Assembly (NCBI GenBank): GCA_965233195.1
Contig: CBDDSB010000013.1
Location: 2,964-66,963 of the forward strand
Source: an uncultured bacterium
Lineage (GTDB): Bacteria; Pseudomonadota; Gammaproteobacteria; Burkholderiales; SG8-39
Length of the DNA stretch: 64,000 nucleotides
Direction of reading: 5' to 3'
Both the position numbers and the translations under genes were made by a program. Position 1 is the stretch's first letter. Each line of letters opens with the position of its first letter. The notes beneath the pieces were generated by a model. The model made no database searches and was not told the DNA's origin. It saw only the letters and a list, made by a program, of their open reading frames with translations. Shown one piece after another: positions 48,856 to 57,669 of this stretch.

Positions 48856-48926
48856 AAAGGGGTCAGGACCCTTTTTGGTAAAAGGGCTAACGCCTTTTGA
48901 CCAAAAAGGGTCCTGACCCCTTTTCA
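48853..48926. terminator. bidirectional intrinsic terminator formed by a 74-nt near-perfect palindrome
   Basis: The 27-nt arms TGAAAAGGGGTCAGGACCCTTTTTGGT (48853-48879) and 48900-48926 are exact reverse complements. Each arm also contains its own GGGTC-AG-GACCC hairpin followed by T5. The stop codons of both flanking genes lie inside the arms. Confidence 0.7.
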
Positions 48927-49274
48927 GGTGCTGATGAGCCGGGTGCCGGCGAGGCGGTCGTGCAGGAACTGGCGATCGCGGTCGAACAGGGCCCAGACAA
49001 TGGAGATGGGTAGCAGCAGCCCCGCGAGCACCAGGCGGATCAATGCCCTCTGCGGTGTCACCTCAACCAGCCTTACATGCCAGGCCTTCATCGCGAGGGT
49101 CTGGCCGCCGCGCAGCCAGCACCACAGAAAGTAGGCGGCGAACACGGTGCCGATGAAGAGCTGGAGCGCGTGCCGGCGCCAGCCGGACGTCGCGTCCTGG
49201 GCGCCGCTCACGAAGAAGAAAAGCCAGGCGGCGAAGAAGGCGACGGCGAAGAGCAGGACCGCCTCGTACGCCAT
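48924..49274 (-). CDS. RDD family membrane protein (true start may lie upstream, e.g. CTG 49295)
   Basis: 'YEAVLLFAVAFFAAWLF...LAMKAWHVRLV...DRDRQFLHDRLAGTRLI'. The in-frame sequence upstream of ATG 49274 encodes 'PGLARRLAS', the usual RDD N-terminal Arg motif. Confidence 0.7.
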   Translation of the reverse strand: MAYEAVLLFAVAFFAAWLFFFVSGAQDATSGWRRHALQLFIGTVFAAYFLWCWLRGGQTLAMKAWHVRLVEVTPQRALIRLVLAGLLLPISIVWALFDRDRQFLHDRLAGTRLIST

Positions 49275-49311
49275 GGAGGCGAGCCGCCGGGCCAGCCCCG
49301 GCGTGCTCCCG

Positions 49312-49791
49312 TCACTTCTTACGGCGCGGCTCCGGGGCGATCTCTTCGCGCTCGCGCGGCGGGAGCGACTGGTATTCAGCCCACTGGTCGCGCAGCTTGC
49401 CGCGCTTTTCCGGCGGCACTTTGACGATCTGCTTGTAAGTCTCGCGCGCCTGGCGGCGCTGCTCGGGCGAGAGCGCGGCCCAGCGCTGCATGCGCCGCTG
49501 CACGCGCTCCTGCTCTTCGGCCTTCATCGTCGGGTAGCGCTTGGCGATGCCGATCCACTTGCGTCGGCGCTCGGTCTCGATGCTTTCCCATTCGGCCTTG
49601 AGCGGCGCGAGGGTCTTCTGCTGCTCGGCGGTGAGCTCTGCCCACGCCGGGCGCGCTTTTGCCTTGGCCTGCGCCGCCGGCTTGGCGACGGCTTTCTTGG
49701 CGGCCACTTTGGGCGTGACGTCGACCGGAGGCTCGGCGAACGCCGCGCCGGTCAGGAGGAGGGCGACGATCAGCCACACCCGTCGCATCAT
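49312..49791 (-). CDS. DUF3106 domain-containing periplasmic protein
   Basis: Signal peptide, then repeated 'W..L(T/S)xEQ(Q/R)' helices ('WAELTAEQQKTLAPL', 'WAALSPEQRRQARETY'). Confidence 0.8.
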   Translation of the reverse strand: MMRRVWLIVALLLTGAAFAEPPVDVTPKVAAKKAVAKPAAQAKAKARPAWAELTAEQQKTLAPLKAEWESIETERRRKWIGIAKRYPTMKAEEQERVQRRMQRWAALSPEQRRQARETYKQIVKVPPEKRGKLRDQWAEYQSLPPREREEIAPEPRRKK

Positions 49792-50162
49792 TGCTCCGCG
49801 TCCCGCTTTTTAAGCCAGTTCTGGAACCCGCGGTCGAGGTAGGCATCGATCGGCAGGTCGTCGGTGAGGAGCAGGGCGTCGACTTCCTCGATTTCGGCGG
49901 CGCGCTGGTTTTGCTGCCAGGTGTAGACCGCCCCGGCGAAGGCAATCAGCATGGCGAGCGGCACCAGCACCCGCAGCGCGATGCCGGTCCAGCCGATGCT
50001 GCCGGTGACGTTGTCGGCCCATGCCACCGCCGGCTCGGCGCTGTGGCGCTCGAGCGCGCGGCTACGCGCCTGTGCGAGGCGCTGGGCGATATCGGGCTCG
50101 ACGGTGATCCCCTGATTCAGGATCTGACGGACCCTGTGAGCAAATTGCATTTCGTTCATCAT
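49788..50162 (-). CDS. DUF3619 family protein (putative anti-sigma partner)
   Basis: 'FAHRVRQILNQG...LAQARSRALE' followed by a single TM helix. Sits directly downstream of the ECF sigma gene (ATGA overlaps on both sides). Confidence 0.78.
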   Translation of the reverse strand: MMNEMQFAHRVRQILNQGITVEPDIAQRLAQARSRALERHSAEPAVAWADNVTGSIGWTGIALRVLVPLAMLIAFAGAVYTWQQNQRAAEIEEVDALLLTDDLPIDAYLDRGFQNWLKKRDAEQ

Positions 50163-50734
50163 TTTGTCTCGAGCGTGATGCCGCGCGCCCTAAGCGCTTC
50201 CGCCAATGCGTGCGCCGCCCGGGAGCAGTGCGTTTTCACACTGCCCTCGGAGCAGTCCATCGCCCTGGCGGTTTCGGCCACGTCCAGTTCCTCCCAATAA
50301 CGCAGGATGAAAGCCTCTCGTTGACGTGCTGGCAAGCGTGAAATCTCTTGTCTAATGATTTCAAGCACTTGAGCTTGCTCCAGTTGCGTCGCAGGCCCCT
50401 CATCAGTCTCTGACCCGCCGGCGGCCTGCAGGGTTTCCAGCGGGTCCTGGTCGTCGTCCTCGCGCCCCGGCCCGAGCGAGGACAGCAAGGTGGTCCAAAG
50501 CGAGCGCACCTTCTGGCGGCGGAACCAGTCGCGGATCGCGTTCTGCACGATGCGGTGGAAGAGCGCCGGCAGCTCGCCGGACGGCAGGTGGCCGTACTTC
50601 TCGGCGAGCCGCAGCATCGCGTCCTGCACGATGTCGAGCGCGGCATCCTGATCGCGCACGGCGAACATCGCCTGCTTGAAGGCCCGCTTTTCGACGCCCA
50701 CCAGGAATGCGGAAAGCTCGCTTCGCGAGGCCAG
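50159..50734 (-). CDS. ECF-type RNA polymerase sigma-70 family factor (probable CTG start; first canonical start is GTG 50701)
   Basis: Region 2 'DAALDIVQDAMLRLAEKYG...FHRIVQNAIRDWFRRQ'. Region 4 'LPARQREAFILRYWEELDVAETARAMDCSEGSVKTHCSRA'. AGAGGA lies 5 nt upstream of CTG 50734. Confidence 0.85.
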   Translation of the reverse strand: MASRSELSAFLVGVEKRAFKQAMFAVRDQDAALDIVQDAMLRLAEKYGHLPSGELPALFHRIVQNAIRDWFRRQKVRSLWTTLLSSLGPGREDDDQDPLETLQAAGGSETDEGPATQLEQAQVLEIIRQEISRLPARQREAFILRYWEELDVAETARAMDCSEGSVKTHCSRAAHALAEALRARGITLETK

Positions 50735-50797
50735 GGGAATCCTCTGTTGTTGCCGGCGATGGTATCAAAAGGCGGCGCCGCGGCACCCGGGCGCGGC

Positions 50798-50826
50798 TTG
50801 ACCGCACCGCACCAAGCACCTATTCT
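50798..50826 (+). promoter_or_regulatory. candidate sigma70 promoter for ilvIHC (TTGACC-N17-TATTCT)
   Basis: TTGACC 50798-50803, a 17-nt spacer, then TATTCT 50821-50826, 33 nt upstream of the ilvI ATG. Confidence 0.4.
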
Positions 50827-50858
50827 TCAAAGCTTTTCCGCCACTTGGGCCCCATTTA

Positions 50859-52567
50859 ATGGACCGCGCGAAGACCACCACGCTCACCGGCGCCGAGATC
50901 GTCGTGCGCTGCCTCCAGGAGGAGGGCGTCGAGTTCGTCTTCGGCTATCCCGGCGGCGCGGTGCTCTTCATCTACGACGAGCTGTTCAAGCAGGACAAGG
51001 TGAAGCACGTGCTGGTGCGCCACGAGCAGGGCGCGGTGCACGCCGCCGACGGCTTTTCGCGCTCGTCGAAAAAGGTCGGCGTAGCGCTGGTCACTTCGGG
51101 CCCCGGGGTGACCAACGCCGTCACCGGCATTGCTACCGCCTACATGGACTCGATCCCGCTGGTCGTGCTCACCGGCCAGGTGCCAACGCACGCCATCGGT
51201 CTGGACGCGTTCCAGGAATGCGACACCGTCGGCATCACGCGCCCGATCGTCAAGCACAACATGCTGGTGAAGGACGTGAAGGACCTCGCCTCCGCCATGA
51301 AGAAGGCGTTCCACATCGCCACCACAGGGCGGCCGGGCCCGGTCGTGGTGGACATCCCCAAGGACGTCACCGCTCAAACCTGCGAATTCGTCTACCCCGA
51401 GCGCGTGGAAATGCGCTCGTACAACCCGGTGCGCAAGGGCCACGCCGGCCAGATCAAGAAAGCGGTGCAGCTGCTGCTCGAGGCCGAGCGGCCCATGGTG
51501 TACACCGGCGGCGGCGTGGTGCTTTCCGATGCTTCTTCCCAGCTGAGGGAACTGGTCAGGCAGCTCGGTTTTCCTATCACCAACACGCTGATGGGCCTGG
51601 GCGCGTACCCGGCCACCGATCCGCAGTTCCTCGCCATGCTGGGCATGCACGGGACGTACGAAGCCAACATGTCGATGCAGCACTGCGACGTGCTGCTGGC
51701 AATCGGCGCGCGCTTCGACGACCGCGTGATCGGCGACCCCGTGCACTTCGCGCAGAACCCGCGCAAGATCATCCATATCGACATCGACCCGTCGTCGATC
51801 TCCAAGCGCGTCAAGGTCGACGTGCCGATCGTCGGCAATATTCCGGACGTGCTGGATGAGCTGCTCAAACTGCTCAAAGCGGCCCCGGTCAGGGATCTGA
51901 AGACCTGGTGGAAGCAGATCGGCGAGTGGCGCGCCAAGGACTGCCTGCGCTACGACCGCAAGTCGGCGATCATCAAGCCGCAGTTCGTGCTGGAGAAGCT
52001 CTACGAAGTGACCAAGGGCCAGGCGTTCGTGACCTCGGATGTCGGCCAGCACCAGATGTGGGCGGCGCAGTTCTACAAGTTCGACGAGCCGCGGCGCTGG
52101 ATTAACTCCGGCGGCCTCGGCACCATGGGCTTCGGCCTGCCGGCGGCGATGGGTGCGCAGATGGCGAACCCGGGCGCGACGGTGGCCTGCGTCACCGGCG
52201 AGTCGTCGATCCAGATGTGCCTGCAGGAGCTCTCGACCTGCAAGCAGTACCGCCTGCCGATCAAGATCATCAACCTGAACAACAAGTACATGGGCATGGT
52301 GCGCCAGTGGCAGCAGTTCTTCCACGGCAACCGCTACTCCGAGTCCTACATGGACGCGCTGCCGGACTTCGTGAAGCTCGCCGAAGGCTACGGCCACCGC
52401 GGCGTGCTGATCGACAAGCCCGCCGACGTGGAGCCCGCGCTGCGCGAGGCGTTCGCGGCGAAGAACGACCTGGTGTTCCTCGACTTCATCACGGACCAGA
52501 AAGAAAACGTCTACCCGATGATCCCCGGTGGCAAGGGGATCACGGAGATGATCCTCTACGAGGATCT

Positions 52568-52571
<4 letters not shown>
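50859..52571 (+). CDS. ilvI: acetolactate synthase (AHAS) large catalytic subunit
   Basis: 'GAEIVVRCLQEEGVEFVFGYPGGAVL', 'VTSGPGVTNAVTGIATAYMDSIPLVVLTGQV', ThDP motif 'GGLGTMGFGLPAAMGA...NNKYMGMV'. Confidence 0.95.
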
Positions 52572-54756
<2,185 letters not shown>

Positions 54757-55794
54757 CTTACCGGCACGACGATCTACCGGCCGAGCCAGCGGCGCCGCGC
54801 CTGCGCCGCCGCGGCATCTACCTGCTGCCCAATCTCTTCACCACCGGCGTGCTGTTCTGCGGCTTCTTCGCCATCGTGCAGGCGATGCAGGGCCGCTTCG
54901 ATATCGGCTGCATCGCGATCTTCGTCGCCATGGTGCTCGACGGCATGGACGGGCGCGTCGCGCGCTGGACCAACACGCAGAGCGAGTTCGGCGCGCAGTA
55001 CGACTCGATCGCCGACATGGTGGCGTTCGGCGCCGCGCCGGCGCTGATGGCCTACACATGGGTTCTGAAGGACATGGGCACCGCCGGGTGGATCGGCGCT
55101 TTCATCTACTGCGCCGGCGCCGGGATCCGGCTGGCGCGCTTCAACGCCAACATCGCGGTGGTCGACAAGCGCTATTTCCAGGGCCTTCCCAGCCCCTCCG
55201 GCGCGGCGGTGATGGCCGGTTTCATCTGGGTGCTGGTCGATTTCTTCAACATCGCGCCGCGCGATTACCAGTGGCTTGCACCGCTCACCTGGACGGTGGC
55301 CGTGTTCGCCGGTGTCACCATGGTCTCGAACGTGCCGTTCTGGAGCTTCAAGGAAGTGAACTGGAAAAAGCGCGTGCCGCTATGGGTGATCCTGGCGCTA
55401 GTGGTCGGTTTCTCCATCGTCGCATCGAGCCCATCGCTGGTCCTCTTCTGCGTGTTCATGGCGTACGGCTTCTCCGGCTACATCATGTGGGCGATGGGCC
55501 ACCGTGCCCGGCCGATCCTGCCGGACGATGACTCGGATGGTTAGGATTTCTTGAACAGCGGTAACCGGGGTTCAGATCCCCGTGCTGATCGCAGGCCCGG
55601 CGCAAACGCTTTGAGCACCTAACGACGCCCGTTAGTACGAACAACCCAGTGCGCCGCAACGTTGCCAAGTAGCTGGCGTAGGCAACGCGGAGCCGTAGCA
55701 ATACGCGCGATCAACGGCTGTAAGACGCTCGCCCGCAAACCGTAGGAAGGGTAGGTAGCCCGCCTACGGGCATCCGTTCCAGCTAATGTAGCTG

Positions 55795-55827
55795 GGCACC
55801 GCCACCCCCTCTATCGGCCTAACTAAC
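55795..55827 (+). repeat. 33-nt direct repeat, copy A (27/33 identical to 56104..56136)
   Basis: GGCACCGCCACCCCCTCTATCGGCCTAACTAAC, preceded by the hairpin CCAGCTA-ATG-TAGCTGG (55779-55795). Confidence 0.5.
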
Positions 55828-55893
55828 GGCGGCATTGACATGCCATTTGGATTGAAGGAGGCTACGAGCAGGGGATAGTAGTAAGGGGGGCTT

Positions 55894-56094
55894 TTGCCCA
55901 CCGTGCATGCACAAACGCTACGCCGCGCTGCCCAGATTGTTGGGGGCACGGAGCAGCTCGCCCAGCAACTAGCCGTTAAGCCCAGTCAACTGGCGCTATG
56001 GATGGGCGGCGCAGAACCGACGCCCCCTGACATCTTCCTAAAGGCCGTCGATCTTTTGGCGGAGCATAACGACCCGAGTAAGCGCTCCAACTAG
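55894..56094 (+). CDS. small ORF (66 aa), possible Cro/YdaS-like helix-turn-helix protein
   Basis: TTG 55894 (or GTG 55903) follows AAGGGGGG. 'GGTEQLAQQLAVKPSQLALWMGG' resembles an HTH followed by the W..G motif of small Cro/antitoxin-type regulators. Lies in a lower-GC region. Weak call. Confidence 0.35.
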   Translation: MPTVHAQTLRRAAQIVGGTEQLAQQLAVKPSQLALWMGGAEPTPPDIFLKAVDLLAEHNDPSKRSN

Positions 56095-56103
56095 CCCCCT
56101 AGT

Positions 56104-56136
56104 GGCACGGCCACCCCAGCAATCGGCCTAAGTAGC
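56104..56136 (+). repeat. 33-nt direct repeat, copy B
   Basis: GGCACGGCCACCCCAGCAATCGGCCTAAGTAGC, 309 nt downstream of copy A. It runs into TAGCTGG and a TATATAAAG box. Confidence 0.5.
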
Positions 56137-56248
56137 TGGTATATAAAGCTTGGTGTTCCCGTCAGGCATCGATCCACGGTTAAGAGCTCCACCACCAGCT
56201 TCCTTGAAAAGCGCGTCGCTGGGGTGTATAGCTTCTCTCGGGAACGAA

Positions 56249-56650
56249 ATGAACGGGAAGCGTCGCGTTTTGGTTGCTGCACAGCCGCCTGCTTGGGCTG
56301 TCATTGAGGCAATGCTGGGCGACCTAGCAAACCTATCCCCGGCGCACAACACCGCAGACGCTTTCAAAATCCTCGAACGCGAGCGGATCGATCTCATCGT
56401 CTGCACCATCGCTTTCGATGAGTCGCGGATGACGGAGTTGCTGGCAACAGTCAAGCGCACCACCCCGACGGCGCACATTCCCTTTCTCTGCGTACGCGTC
56501 CTGCCTGGCATCGTTCGCGATAGTCTAGTTCCATCGATACGCGATGGTTGCAAGGCGATTGGCGCAGCGGATCTGGTGGACATTGCAAGACTTTCACCCC
56601 AGCACGCAAAGGCTGCCATGCGCACGGCAGTTGAGGGTTTTCTTCAATAA
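56249..56650 (+). CDS. receiver-like (degenerate CheY-fold) single-domain protein
   Basis: The spacing pattern 'RRVLVAAQ...AFKILERERIDLIVCTIAFDESRMTELLATVK...IPFLCVRV' resembles a REC domain. The acidic pair and the phospho-acceptor Asp positions are not conserved. About 51 of 133 codons end in A/T by hand count, unlike core genes. Confidence 0.45.
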   Translation: MNGKRRVLVAAQPPAWAVIEAMLGDLANLSPAHNTADAFKILERERIDLIVCTIAFDESRMTELLATVKRTTPTAHIPFLCVRVLPGIVRDSLVPSIRDGCKAIGAADLVDIARLSPQHAKAAMRTAVEGFLQ

Positions 56651-56765
56651 GTCCCTTGCCTGTGAGTAAGCAGAACCAAGTTTTTCCCTCTCAAGTGAGA
56701 CTAGCCGCCGGTAGCTAAACAAGTCTTACAGACCACGGCGTTGTTTGGGCGCAGGCTTGCCGCTT

Positions 56766-57497
56766 ATGACTTCGCCGCGGTCCTTCCTCGCAGTGATCAC
56801 CAGCCGTTTGCGACGCAGCAGAGCATTGCACCCGGACGCGTTCCAGCGCGACTGCGGCCAGGCGCTTACCAGGGATAGCGAGCCGGTCGTACAGGTGTGG
56901 GGCGCCCGCGCGCGGGGTTTCAAGGGGATCTTCGGCGTCCATAGCTGGATCGCGGTAAAGCCGAGCGCCGCGACCGAATACACAGTCTACGAGGTGATCG
57001 GCTGGAGGCTGCGCCGGACCGACACCGCGGTCGTCGTACGAACCCGTGCGCCCAACCTTTGGCTCGGCGCCGAGGGCACTCTCTATACGGAAAAGCGCGG
57101 GCGCGGCGTCGAGGCGCTCATCCAGCGCATCGACACGTTGGCCCGCGAATATCCCTACGCGAACACTTACACGCTCTGGCCGGGGCCGAATTCCAACACT
57201 TTCGTCGCGTGGATCGCCCGCGGGGTGCCGGACCTGGAAGTGGACCTGCCGGCCACCGCGATAGGCAAGGACTACATCGAGAGCATCGTCTCCACCGCGC
57301 CGAGCGGCAGCGGCTTCCAATTCTCACTGCGCGGGCTGCTAGGCGTGGCGGCGAGTCGTGTAGACGGCTTCGAGCTTAATTTTCTCTCCCTGAACTTCGG
57401 CGTGAGCTCGTCCGGCCTCAAGCTGCCGATCGTCGGGCGTATCGGGCTGCCGCGCATCCCCACTGCAATCGCCGTCGAAGAGCCGGGGCGACCCTAA
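56766..57497 (+). CDS. DUF3750-like protein
   Basis: 'VHSWIAVKPSAATEYTVYEVIGWR' and 'YTLWPGPNSNTFVAWIARGVPDL' are the motifs I associate with DUF3750. The assignment is from memory, not from a search. Confidence 0.6.
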   Translation: MTSPRSFLAVITSRLRRSRALHPDAFQRDCGQALTRDSEPVVQVWGARARGFKGIFGVHSWIAVKPSAATEYTVYEVIGWRLRRTDTAVVVRTRAPNLWLGAEGTLYTEKRGRGVEALIQRIDTLAREYPYANTYTLWPGPNSNTFVAWIARGVPDLEVDLPATAIGKDYIESIVSTAPSGSGFQFSLRGLLGVAASRVDGFELNFLSLNFGVSSSGLKLPIVGRIGLPRIPTAIAVEEPGRP

Positions 57498-57519
57498 AGG
57501 AGTAGTAAGCGTTTAAGCG

Positions 57520-57669
57520 TTAGCCGCGGCGGCTGCGCTTCTGGTTGCTTCTTTCCGTGGGTCGCTTCGACGCACGCGGCACGTTGACGCGGGGAGTGAC
57601 CTCACGCACGTCCGCGCGCTTGGTCTTGGCCGAAGGAGAGTTGCGGCCGGGCTTGCGGGACTTTTTCAT
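57520..57669 (-). CDS. small, highly basic ORF (49 aa) translationally coupled to dctM
   Basis: ATG 57669 overlaps the dctM stop (ATGA). 'MKKSRKPGRNSPSAKTKRADVREVTPRVNVPRASKRPTERSNQKRSRRG'. About 39 of 48 codons end in G/C by hand count. Confidence 0.35.
   Translation of the reverse strand: MKKSRKPGRNSPSAKTKRADVREVTPRVNVPRASKRPTERSNQKRSRRG

Noticed and set aside
50702-50858. Possible ilv leader peptide or attenuator in the 157-nt region upstream of ilvI.
   Set aside because: No short ORF rich in Ile/Val/Leu codons is present, and no terminator or antiterminator hairpin plus T-run is visible. Only a plausible sigma70-type promoter was retained.
55566-55582. tRNA T-arm-like hairpin CGGGG-TTCAGAT-CCCCG just after pssA. 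It could be a tRNA 3' fragment or an integration att remnant.
   Set aside because: The loop has G where the invariant A58 should be. No complementary acceptor strand (ATCAGCA) or D/anticodon arms lie upstream, because that region is the pssA coding sequence. I found no second copy at the other end of the islet. It may simply be a weak stem-loop without a T-run.
55835-55884. Perfect -35 box TTGACA (55835-55840), perfect Shine-Dalgarno AAGGAGG (55855-55861) and three consecutive in-frame stops TAG-TAG-TAA (55876-55884).
   Set aside because: No acceptable -10 box lies 16-19 nt after the TTGACA. No ATG, GTG or TTG lies 5-10 nt after the AAGGAGG. Only 8-12-codon mini-ORFs end at the triple stop. 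I cannot support any of these as functional without data.
57506-57521. Tandem 8-mer TAAGCGTT-TAAGCGTT between the DUF3750 gene and the small basic ORF.
   Set aside because: There are only two copies in a 22-nt spacer, and the second copy overlaps the small ORF's stop codon. No hairpin potential. Likely chance or a trivial duplication.
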